Below, piece after piece: positions 10,526-22,445 of a stretch of DNA of 26,599 nucleotides. The DNA is from an uncultured cyanobacterium (lineage in GTDB: Bacteria; Cyanobacteriota; Cyanobacteriia; PCC-6307; Cyanobiaceae). The translations under genes were made by a program, and so were the position numbers. The stretch covers positions 1-26,599 of the forward strand of contig CAVXWZ010000010.1 in assembly GCA_963765575.1 (NCBI GenBank), read 5' to 3'. Under the pieces are notes generated by a model, which saw nothing but the letters and a program-made list of their open reading frames with translations, was not told the origin of the DNA and made no database searches. Numbering within the stretch: position 1 is the stretch's first letter; each line of letters begins with the position of its first letter.

Positions 10526-11169
10526 ATGTTCCCCTTCCACAACCCCGAGCTCGATGCCGCCAACGTGCTTGAAGTGGATCTCGATGCTGGAGAGCTGCAA
10601 CGTCTGAAGCCCCACCTGGAGATGTATCGGCAATCAGCAGACTTCCAGGTGCTGCCCCCCCCCTGGCACAGCGACATCGCCTGGATCTCCCCCAACAGCC
10701 TGGCGATGTTCCGCGTCTACCGGCAGCTGTTCGATGATCTCGGCGGCGCCCAGGTGGTGCGGCCTCTGCTGGATCTCGAGCACGCCCCGCGGCTCTACTC
10801 CGGCTTCCTGGTGCAGCGCAGCCATTGCTCGGCCCCCAGCTTCCACGAAGACTGGATCGACACGCTCCAGCAGGCCTTCACCCTGATCACCCCCCTGCAA
10901 CTGGGCGACCCTCCCGCCGCTCTGCTCTACAAGAAGACCGATGGCAGCGAAGGGCGTTATCCCTACCGGATCGGCAAGGGCATCATCTTTGGCGACAAGT
11001 TCATCCACTCCACCGAACCGGGAACCTGTGATCCACCGGTGGTGCTGCTCTCGTTCACCTTCGGCACTGACAAGATGGATTACTGGGACCGCATCCCACA
11101 CTCGCGCCTACCAGGGCAACCTGGTGCGCCGTCCGACGGCTCCTTCCTCTGCCACACTTCGACGGCTGA
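10526..11169 (+). CDS. Hypothetical protein with 2OG-Fe(II) oxygenase/cupin-like HxD...H motif; 3' end frameshifted
   Basis: MFPFHNPEL start 10 nt after the upstream stop. PSFHEDW...FTLITPL...GKGIIFGDKFIHSTEP resembles a double-stranded beta-helix metal site. End approximate. Confidence 0.55.
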
Positions 11170-11322
11170 CGTCACAGCGCAGCCTCAGGGCCTCGATGAC
11201 CGCGTCGATGTCATCCACCACCCGGCCCTCCTCAGCCCCCGCGAACCGGGGGTGATCGCAGTGGGGGGAAGCAGACCTTCAACCTGGCCGGCAGGGGGGC
11301 CGTCCTTTGCCTGTGTCCGCTT

Positions 11323-11921
11323 CTAGGGCTGATCCATGGCCGCCGGCGGCCCCGCCCCCAGGGCGACCTGCTGCTGGCGGATCGTCTGGCCATCGGCCAG
11401 CTGGCGCTCAGCTCCAGCCGCAGCACCCCCGGCACGCTGCCGGTCACGGCGAAGCCGCCGCGGCCGGCAGGGCATCGATCAGCACCCGCGCCACCGGTGA
11501 GCCCTCGCTCCAGTCGCCATCGAGGCCGTAGGCCGGGCAGCAGCGCATCAGCACCGCCCCGCGCCAGATCGCCGAGGGCGCCGGGCCGTAGGGTAGAGCA
11601 CCGCGGCGGCGTCCCGCCAGCCGTGCGCCCTGCAGCAGCAGCACCGGGCGCGGCCCGCCAGGCCGAGCCGGCCGGCAGCGGCGCCCTGCGCCCGAAGGCT
11701 CACCGATTCGGCCCGCTGCAGCTCCTCGCGCAACAGCGCCAGGGGGCGCTCGCCCGCCTGCCGCTCCGCAGCCAGCGGCCCAGCCGGCCCACCTGGCGCA
11801 GGTCGCCCACGACAGCTGAAGCACGGCGGTGAGCACCGGGCCCGAGGCAGCAGCGTCCTCAGCAGCTCGACCAGCGTGAAGCCATCGCGGCGCTGGCCCC
11901 GATCCCGGCCTCGGCCCCCAT
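11323..11921 (-). CDS. PilW-like minor pilin (operon 1), frameshifted
   Basis: DG|FTLVELL prepilin motif at about 11885-11860, followed by PSAIWRGAVLMRCCPAYGLDG...RVLIDAL. ATG 11921 overlaps the upstream TGA (TGATG). Confidence 0.7.
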
Positions 11922-12387
11922 CACGCCCCCTCGCGAGACGCAAGTGCTGGCGCTCACGGCGCCCGCTAATCCCTCGTCGCGGCCCAGGCCAGCACGCCGA
12001 TCGGCAGCGCCATCACCAGGCAGCGGCGCAGATCGTGCCGGCCCCTTCCACCACCAACTGCCGCCATCGAGCAGCAGGCCGTTCGCCGTGAAGCGCAGCT
12101 GCTCGGGCAGGTTGTGGCTGATCGAGCCCGCCGCCGGCCCGACGGCCGCCGCCAGCAAGCCGCCGGAGCCCTCCACCGCGAGGCTGCGGCTGCGGCCATG
12201 GCGCGGGGCCAGTCGCGCTCGCGCTCGATCGTGTCGCCAGCTCGCGGGCCGCCACATCCACCGCTGCCGGGCGAGAAGCCCTGCCCGCTGAAGCCGCCGA
12301 TCGCCAGCAGCTACCCCAGCACCACCACCGCCACCAGCAGCTCCGGCAGGCTGGCGCCAGCGCTGCGGCGATCAACACGACGCCCAT
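11921..12387 (-). CDS. FimT/GspH-like minor pilin (operon 1), frameshifted
   Basis: Reconstructed RRVDRRSAG|ASLPELLVAVVVLG, then HNLPEQLRFTANGLLLDGG...RRCLVMALPIGV. Confidence 0.7.
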
Positions 12388-12730
12388 CGCGTCCCCCACA
12401 GAGGCCGAGGCCGCCAGGTCGAACTCCCGCTGGCGGCGCTGATCCGCCCCACCTCCACGCTCACGCTGACGATCGGGCCGGCGCCCTCCACGCCCAGGCC
12501 TGTGAGGTCGGGCAAGACCGCCGGCACCGGCGCGCCGCTGGCGCGTCGCTCGGCGGCCAGGGCCTGCAGTTGGGCCTCCACCGCCAGCAGCTGTTCATCG
12601 GCCTGGCGCTGCTGCCGCAGCAGGGCGGCGGCGTCGTGGCTGGAGTGGACGGTGCGGGCCCAGATGCCCAGCACACCGTGGCCGAGCCCAGCACCAGGCA
12701 GCTGGCCACCAGGCACTCCACAAGGTTCAT
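12372..12730 (-). CDS. PilV-like minor pilin (operon 1), frameshifted
   Basis: Starts directly at MNLVECLVASCLVLGSA (E at position 5, no leader). Continues LGIWARTV...EQLLAVEAQLQ. ATGA overlap with the upstream gene. Confidence 0.62.
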
Positions 12731-13334
12731 GGCCCCACCTCCAGCTCGGAGGCGAAGCCGCGGCGGGGGAGGCGGCAGCGCGCAGCCCCCGCTCCTCCAG
12801 GCCCATCAGCTGCGGTCGGCGAGGTGGTGGACCCTTCCTCGCTCTGGGGCTCCAGGAGAGGCTGCCGCCGCCAGTGAAACGCAAAGGCGCCGCCAAGGGG
12901 GGGTCCGGCGTCGCTGAGCTCCAGCACCAGTTCGCCGGTGCCCTGGTCGGGGCCGGTGCCCGGCTGGGGGTCGCCGCCCGGCGCATAGCTCACCAGCCGG
13001 TAGTCAGCTCCGGCCTCCAGCCCTCCGCAGCCCTGCTCGGCCCAAGGACTCGCCGTCCCAACGGTCGTGGGCATGGGCAAGCGCTTCCGGGCAGTGGCGC
13101 TGCAGGTGGCCGGCCCACTGCTGGGCGGCGTTCATCAGCTGTCTTCCGCCAGGCGCCGCTGGCGCTGCACGGCGGGCTGCAGCCGGCTCTGCAGCGCCAG
13201 GGTGAGCAACATCATGCTGCTGAGCATCAACAACAAGACCACAGTCAGCGACAGTGGCAATAAAAATCCCGCCTGCTGGGGCGGCAAACAGCGGCGGGTA
13301 GTCCGGCCCGCAGCAACAACACAACGGCAGGCAT
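12727..13334 (-). CDS. PilX-like minor pilin (operon 1), frameshifted; start uncertain
   Basis: QQAG|FLLPLSLTVVLLLMLSSMMLLTLALQSR (prepilin motif lacking E5), followed by RRLAED-QLMNAAQQ and YRLVSYAP...GELVLEL. Confidence 0.65.
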
Positions 13335-13435
13335 CCAGAACCTCGGCAACGACCGCATCAGCGTTGCCACGCTGGATGCCGGCAGCGCAACGATGCGAAA
13401 CATCGCCGCTGCCAACGACCAGGGCGCCCAAGGCC

Positions 13436-13459
13436 TTGGCGCTATCATTGGCGCTATCG
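13436..13459 (+). repeat. Tandem 12-bp direct repeat TTGGCGCTATC(A/G) immediately upstream of the antitoxin; candidate operator overlapping a TATCAT -10
   Basis: TTGGCGCTATCA at 13436-13447 and TTGGCGCTATCG at 13448-13459, ending 10 nt before ATG 13470. Confidence 0.6.
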
Positions 13460-13469
13460 ATCGAGGCCC

Positions 13470-13703
13470 ATGGCTCAGGTGCTGATCCTGCAACTCAACG
13501 ACCAGGTGGTGGCCGCGCTGCGGGCACGCGCCCGGGCCCGGGGCGTCTCCCTGGAACAGAGCCTGCGCGATCTGCTCAGAACTACCGTTCGCCGGGACCA
13601 GTCGCTTCGCCAGGAGCTGGCGCGCCTGCGGGCGACGACGCCGGAAGCGGGCCGCAGTCTCAACGTGGCAGCCCTGATCCGCGACGATCGCGATGGCCGC
13701 TGA
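13470..13703 (+). CDS. FitA-like ribbon-helix-helix antitoxin
   Basis: 77 aa, MAQVLILQLNDQVVAALRARARARGVSLEQSLRDLL...LIRDDRD. Overlaps the downstream PIN gene. Confidence 0.85.
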   Translation: MAQVLILQLNDQVVAALRARARARGVSLEQSLRDLLRTTVRRDQSLRQELARLRATTPEAGRSLNVAALIRDDRDGR

Positions 13704-14132
13704 TCCCACACATGAGTGGTGGACGCTTCGGTGGCCTTCGGCTGGTTCGCCGCGGTGCCGGGATCGCAGCAGGCCGCTAGCTCTGGAGGCCACGCCGGGC
13801 ACGCTCCTGCTGGCGCCGGACCTGGTGCTGGTGGAACGGCTGAACACGGCCTGGAAAAGCCTGCGGCTGGGGGCGATCACCACCGAGCAGTTCCAGGTGC
13901 TGGCCCACCGTGCTGCCGAGCCGTTCCACCTGCTGGGTCCCGCCACGGCGCTCCTGGCCCGGGCCGGCCACTGTGCCGGGAGCTGTTCACCCTGCCTACG
14001 ACTGCCTCTATGTGGCTCTGGCCGAGCAGGAACAGGCCACGTGATCACGGCGGATCGGCGCCTGTGCGCAAGCTGGAGCAGCCGCGGCCAGGCCTCTCTG
14101 CCGCGATCGATCTGGCCTGCTTCACGAGCTGA
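13693..14132 (+). CDS. vapC: VapC/FitB PIN-domain toxin, frameshifted
   Basis: VVDASVAFGWF, APDLVLVE.LN, AYDCLYVALAE and VITADRRL are recovered across frames, giving the PIN acidic residues. Confidence 0.85.
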
Positions 14133-14140
14133 GCCCTGGC

Positions 14141-15474
14141 TCAGTCGCTGCTGGCCGTGGAACACCTCAGCCCCCGTGGACGGCCGGCAGCTGGGGCCGT
14201 CGCTGATCAGCCACAGCTCCAGCTGCCCCGCGGCACCTTGGCGGCCAGGCTCCAGCTGCTGAGGTCGATCAGACCGGCCTCGTCATCGATGGTCCAGGTG
14301 CCGGCGCCCCTCCCCGCGCCGGACGTGGCGGCGATCAGAAGTTGCGTGGCCAGCTCGCGATCGGCCTGGTGGAAGAACTTCACCTGGGAGCTGGGGGCAC
14401 AGGCCCTGGCAGTGGGGGGCACATGGCGCAGGGCGCGGTCCACGAAATAGGCCCCGAGCCGCTGAGCCGTTCGGCCAGCGTCTGCAGCGGCTTCACCGCC
14501 TGCCGTCGCTGGTCGTCGTAGTGGATGAACACATGGGGCAGGCCCGGCAGCTTGCCGCGCCGTTCCGACACCATGCGCTTCTGCTGGTCGAGCGCCACGG
14601 CACCGGCCACGATCTCCGAAGCCGAGCGGATCTGCTCCTGGCTGAGGCGCTCCAGATCGATGCCGGGGGCCCCCGCGCTCGCCGCTCCGGCCCGGCGCTC
14701 GATCGGGCTGGTGGTGATCTGGCTGGAGAGGGGCAGCTGGGATTCGCCCGAGATGGTGGGGGTGATCTCGGCCAGGCGCTGCACCGACGTGCGCAGCACC
14801 TCGGCGCGGGAGGCCTTCCCAGGCCACCAGCCGGTCCACACCCCCAGGGCCGCCGCGTGACGGCAGGCGGGGCTCGCGACGACCTCGCTCAGGGGCTGGC
14901 GGGGGCTGGCCCCGTGGGCTGCTGCTGCTGCTGTTGAACTGCAACCCGTCTTGCCCGGCTTGCTCGCTGCCGCTGGCGTCGCCCAGGTTGGTGAAGCCAT
15001 GGGCGCAGCGGGGGTTGAGGTCGCGGATCGAGGCCAGCAGGATGCGCTGGATCTGGCCCCGGCGCTGGATGCCCGCCTCGCTGTCCTCCCCCAGCAGATC
15101 ACCCCTGGCCTTGTCGTGCATCAGCACCTCGCCGAGCACGTGGGTGAGCAGCAGATCGTGGCGCACGCCCTCCACCGGACTGCGGCTGGCGAGGGTGTGC
15201 TCAATCGCCAGGATCGACATGTTGCGCGGCAGGCTGTCCTCTTGCTTGAGGTTGTCGATCTGGGCGAGGAGCATCTCCGAAGTGCTCATGCGCGTGCTCA
15301 GGGTGCTCACCCCCAGCAGCGTGGCCAACGCCACCACCAGGGTGGGCAGCTGCGGCAGGTACTGCCGCAGCCAGCCCCTGGCGTTTGCCCACCATCCCGG
15401 TTTGGCCTGGGGGGACGTGGGTTCAGGGGGTGCCGGATCGGGGGTTGCAGGATGGGGGACGCTGGATCGGCCAT
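14141..15474 (-). CDS. Hypothetical single-pass membrane protein, frameshifted
   Basis: Joined from ORFs 14207..15337 and 14380..15102. N-terminal hydrophobic segment YLPQLPTLVVALATLLGVS. C-terminal VFIHY...QVKFFHQADRELA...IDLS...VPRGQLELWL. Ends approximate. Confidence 0.6.
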
Positions 15475-15566
15475 CGTCAGCTCCGCCGCTGGAGGCCCAG
15501 GCTAGGAATGGCCTGGAGATTCCGCCAGCGATCAGGGCTCGGGCCAGGGGAAGTGACAGACCAGAC

Positions 15567-16366
15567 TCAGGACTCCGTCAGATAGCCGGCGTAGATCATC
15601 TGGTCGTTCTCGTTCGCCACGTACAGCCGGTGGCGAAATGGCCAGGGGGTGGGATTCCAGGGGGTATCGGGATGAGAATCGTTCCCGGATCACCGATGGT
15701 GCAATCGGGCTGCCAAACCTGAGGATGGGCGCTCATGTCGCTCACCGTGTCGTAGGCGATGGCCTGCAGCCCTCCGGCAGAGCCAGGGGCCGGCGCGGTT
15801 GCGACCTCGGCACCGAAGGGATTGATCACCACGATCTCGTTGTTGCCCCTATCGCCAAAGGTCCAGCTCCAGGGCGACTGGGAGATCGCTGTGATCGAAC
15901 GGCCTGGAAACTGAATCCGCCCCAGCTTGACACCACCCATGGAGCGCAATTCAAGGTTACTACCGGAGGCGCGGACGAAGAACAGACCATTGGTGGCAAA
16001 GCCACCGGGAAGGGAAAGCGTGCTGTCTGCCGACAGATCGAGCGCGGCCACTTCCTGACCCGTGGCGGGATCAAACGAAAACACCTCATTCCCCTGGGAG
16101 GTTGTGGATCCACACCAGATTTTCTTGGTGATCGGATTGAATCCCATCCCGGAAATCACTTCCCGATTGGCTGGCGTTGGCTGGCGGAAATACTCAACGC
16201 AACAGCCCAGAGCGAGATACACAATCTCGTCATTGTAGCCGGTTTGCGTGAGAAAGGCAAGCATGGGGTCGTTGCCCACTTCGCACACCGTCAAGGCGGT
16301 GCTTACGCCTGTTGTGGTTACCGGGAAAGGGCACTGATGGGTCTGTTCGAAGCGCAGAACCGGCAT
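15567..16366 (-). CDS. Hypothetical beta-strand-rich (propeller-like) protein; one frameshift near the 3' end
   Basis: ORF 15596..16426 read from MPVLRFEQ. Repeated blade-like segments (ISGMGFNPITKKIWCG, EVFSFDPATGQ, EIVVINP, LQAIAYD). The shifted frame ends RLYVANENDQMIYAGYLTES*. Visibly more AT-rich than flanking genes. Confidence 0.6.
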
Positions 16367-16444
16367 GATTGGCCTGGAGACAGGAGATCCTGCTGCATCC
16401 CTAGCCACCAGGCCACAGCATGACAAGCACAGTCTTGAACGCGC

Positions 16445-18253
<1,809 letters not shown>

Positions 18254-18319
18254 GCAGCTCTGCTCAGGCTCATGCGGGTCAACTCGGGCTGGTCAAGCTC
18301 ACCAGAGCCTCGCCGGTCG

Positions 18320-18325
18320 ATCCTA
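18320..18325 (-). promoter_or_regulatory. Candidate -10 element (TAGGAT) for lepA
   Basis: TAnnnT hexamer on the minus strand about 67 nt upstream of the lepA ATG. Confidence 0.3.
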
Positions 18326-20118
18326 GGCAGTCGCCCCCATTACCAAACGTTGCCGCTCCTTGGGTGTCCAGAGCGGCAACTGGCCTACCCTGGAACAGGA
18401 ACCAGACCGTGATACCTCCATGGGCAACCAGCTTCTGCTGCGGTTGCTGGCCTCCCGCCGCCCCAGCAGCCAGCGGCGCGGCGCCGAGAGGGGCGCCATC
18501 TCTGCGGCCGCCGGCATCGTGGCCTCCTTGGTGCTGATCCTCAGTGGCGCCGCCGTGGTGCAACTCACCAGTGGCAACCTGCGCGGCGTCTTCGCCTCCT
18601 CCGATTCGCGCCAGGCCCGCGGCGCAGCCGCCGAGGGCGCCGACCTGATGATCGACACCTGGAACCAGCCCCAGAACCGGGCCCTGCTGGTGTCAGGGGA
18701 CGATCCGGCCAACTGGACCGCCGCCAGCCTCCGCAGCGACTGCTTCAACACCTCCGACGGCAGCCGTCCCGGCCCCAACAATGGCCAGCCCGACCAGGCG
18801 GCCATCAACCTCGGCGACGGCGAGTGGCGCGATGTGGTCACCGGGGCCGAAGCCGACGAAACGACCAATGGCCGCCAGGTCCGTCTGGTGCGGGTGGACT
18901 ACACCGCCTCCGATGGCCGGGCCAACCCCAACCCCCGGGCCCTCCGCCGCAGCGCGGCGCCCGGCGGTGGCGTCACCGGCGCGGCCCTGCCCACCGGCTT
19001 CGACAGCTGGGATCAATTGGTGAACCTCAACGATCCCGACGGCACGGGCGCGCTCCAACCCGGTCGCAACAGCGGCTTCATCGGGCTGGTGGTGGAGGGC
19101 CGGGTGGTGCAGGGCGGCCGGGTGGTGGCCAACTCACGACTCACCCAGGAGTTTGAAGTACTGCCGAAATGCTGCGGCGCCTCGCTGGGGAGCAACGAAT
19201 CGGGGGGGGGCGAACTACCAGGGCACCACGGGTTCGCTGGGCTCAGACGGCCGCCTCTGCAACCTGCAGTACGGCGTGGTCACCGGCTTCAATGATGGCT
19301 GGCACTGGTCGTATTTTGCGAACGATCAGTTCACCCAGAGGGCCCAGGGCAGCGGCACTATCGAGCGCTATGGACCCATCCTCGGCGTGGTAGCCAACTC
19401 CGACGACATCTTTGAGCGGTCCAACTGTCGGGTTCGTCCGGGCAGGGGGCAGGAAGCCTCTGGCAACCGTCCCAATACCTTTGAGCCAGGCGATCCACGC
19501 GGCAGCGACAATGGCCGCAACGCGGACATCACGGGTGCGGGCACACCGACAGCCGCCGAGCAGATTTGCCGCCAGCCGCAGAACTCTTCTGGCTACTTCT
19601 CCGGTCCCGACACCGACATCCGCGGCACCTCGGCGTCCTGCTCGCCGATCATTGCCCTGGAGGCCACAGCCTTCCCTGATATCGATGATTTCGTCTACAC
19701 CTGGACCAATGGCTGGGGGCCTGATGAGCTGATCGCAAGGGCTGCAACCATTAGCAACAAAGCCGACAACGCTGCCCTCTGGCCCCTGCTCAGCACCGAC
19801 AACGGCGACGGCTCCGGCGGCGCCAACAGCGAAACGACGATCAGGCTGCGCACCAACAACGAGGCCGGCGCCGAGCGGGTGGAGATCTGCGTGGTGGACC
19901 TCGATGACGACACCACAGCTGACGACTGTGACGATGACACCTGGCTGAATGTAACCAGCCGCGCGGCTCCCGACCTCACCACTTCATACGCGGATAATTT
20001 CAGCCCTTTAAATGGTAACGGCAACGACGGATCAGAAGCCTTTGAAGACTCGTGGATCTTCACTGGTTCTATTAACATTGGCAACTTCAGCGGGAACGAT
20101 CGTGTCCGTCTAAATTCA

Positions 20119-21364
20119 GGGCACCTCGAAAAATCGCCAAATCACTTGATTGAGCAAAATTCTGGATTAGAATGAAGCCATAAGATCTCATCTCAGCAAT
20201 GGGGCAGCGTGGCTTTTGGGACGACAGCAAAGAGTCGCAAAACTCAAGGAGAAGAAGCCGGTCCTCAAGCGGTTGTCGGATTCTATTCGCTGGGAATCAT
20301 TCCGTCCATTGCTTGAGATGGGTTACATGCAGGAGCGCAAGAGCAATGCTGGTCGCAAGAGGATTGATCCGCTGATCCTGTTCAAGATGCTGGTGCTCCA
20401 GCAACTTTTCAACCTGAGCGATGAAGAACTTGAATTCCAGGTCAATGACAGGCGATCTTTTGAGGAGTTCGTAGGTCTTGGGGTGATGAACGATATTCCA
20501 GACGCCACAACTGTGGCTTTCTTCAGGGAACGTCTTCGCAAAGCAGGCGTCATCGAAGAGCTCTTCGAGAAGTTTGAGGGATTCCTCCGAGAACAGGGCC
20601 TCGAAGCCCGTGGTGGTCAGATCATTGATGCGACTTTGGTCCCTGTTCCCAAGCAACGCAATAGCCGAGAAGAGAACATGGAAATTAAGGCCGGTCGCTT
20701 GCCGCATGGTTGGGATGAGAACCCACATCGCCTGCAGCAGAAGGACTTAGATGCTCGCTGGGTTAAAAAGAATGGCATCAACCACTACGGTTACAAAAAC
20801 AGCATCTGCATCGATGCTGAACATGGATTTATCCGCCGATATGCCATTACTCCTGCCAATATCCATGACAGTCAGATGCTTCCAAAGCTCCTAGATCCAG
20901 AAAATCAACATGACTATGTCTGGGCAGACTCCGCTTATTCGGGTGAGTGCTTTGAAGATCTGCTGAGTCTCGGTGGCTTTGAGAGTCGGATCCACGAAAA
21001 GGGTGCACGCAATCACCCGCTTAGTGACGCAGCTAAAGACCGTAATCGGATCAAGTCGGCGATTAGAGCTTGTGTTGAACACGTATTCGGCTGCATGACG
21101 ACCTCAATGGGCGGCAAGCTAACAAGAAAGATTGGCCTTGGAAGAAACGAAGCTTGGTGGGGCCTGAAAAATCTGACATTCAACTTCCTTCGCTATCTTC
21201 AGCGTTCAAGCAATAGTGTAGTGATGGCGTGAGCATCGGTCTAACTGATTCGACCTTAAGATTTACTGCCCTTAATGGTGTACACAAAATCAGCCGACAA
21301 GCCGCAGTAATGCGGCTTTTTGGCTGGCTAGAACGGCCGGAAACACTCATATTTCGAGGTGCCC
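20119..21364 (+). mobile_element. IS5-family insertion sequence, 1246 bp
   Basis: Left end GGGCACCTCGAAAAAT (20119-20134) and right end ATATTTCGAGGTGCCC (21349-21364) are inverted repeats matching 15/16. TTCA flanks both ends (20115-20118, 21365-21368). More AT-rich than the host. Confidence 0.95.
20199..21232 (+). CDS. IS5-family DDE transposase (one apparent indel near 20225)
   Basis: MGQRGFWD start at 20199, then ORF 20216..21232 with LQQLFNLSDEELE, IPDATT, IIDAT, YGYK, WADSAY and IRACVEHVFG. Confidence 0.93.
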
Positions 21365-22445
21365 TTCAGGTGCAACAGCTCTGCGCGCAGCCGATACCTC
21401 AGGCATCGAGTACTCCCTATCTCTCGTTCAGGGCTGATCGAGACGGATGGGGCTCAGCCACAGCAGATTACTTGGATGTTGAGGCCTGCACTGATGCCAG
21501 CGATACATCCACTTGCAGGCTCTTCAAGAGAATTTTCCGCAATGATATTTCGGAATCAAATCAATTCATCAATCTCGCGCTCCCTTTCACCGGCACCACG
21601 TTCGCGATCAGGTTCAACGCAGCAGCCCTTGAATCTGGCGAACGCATTGACATTGACGACGTCCTGATTGAATCAGGACGTCCCACCCTCGCCCGGAATG
21701 CAGGCTCAAACACCCTCAATGGAAGACCGGTTGATACAGCTTTCCGGGGAGCATGGTGCGAATTCAGCAGCAGTTCCCCGATCACGCTGGATGCCGGCTT
21801 CCACTGTGTCGGCCCCACCATCAACCAGTTTGACGGCGGCCAGTTGTTCATCGATACCAGCGGCGGTCCGCTGAGCCTGTTCTACACCGAACCGGCCACC
21901 ACCGATCTTCGCTTCGGCCCCAACACCGTGAGCAGCAATCCTGAAAACTTCATCTACCTCTCGCGTGATCCCGCCAATCTGGCCCACGTTGACTGCTCCC
22001 CCGGGATCGAGAATGATTGCGACGAGTTGATTGATGATGAAAACTATGACTTCTCTCCCGTTGGAGAACCCGATCGTCTGAATTTCTTCGGCCGCGACAC
22101 CGGCACTGCCGGTCAGGAACAGAACGTGCTGATCACCACCACCTTCGGCTCCAATGCCAGAAGCGGCGGGGTCTGGTTCTACCTGCCCCAAGGCTGGGTA
22201 GAACTCACCATCACCGGCGATGGCGCCAGTGCCATTCCTGATGGTTTTTACGACGACAATGAAGACAACTGGAGCTTCTTCGGCCGAATCTGGGTGAAGA
22301 ATTTCAAGCCCTATGGTGCCTTCCACCTGCGCGTGCCCGACTCCCGGGTCACCGGGGGTTCATTGGGTGAGGCCAACCCCGCCCAGTTCGTGCCCTGGAA
22401 CGGCATCGACTGGGTCGCCCGCTCCACCACCAACACGCGCCTGTG

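Noticed and set aside
11172..11320. Possible small minus-strand ORF (DHPRFAGAEEGRVVDDIDAVIEAL)
   Set aside because: Protein-like, but no reliable start or stop given the indel noise; cannot be supported.
14918..14937. Short (GCT)n run, and a similar (AAC)n run near 24070-24084
   Set aside because: In-frame trinucleotide runs encoding Ser and Asn stretches; too short to suggest contingency loci.
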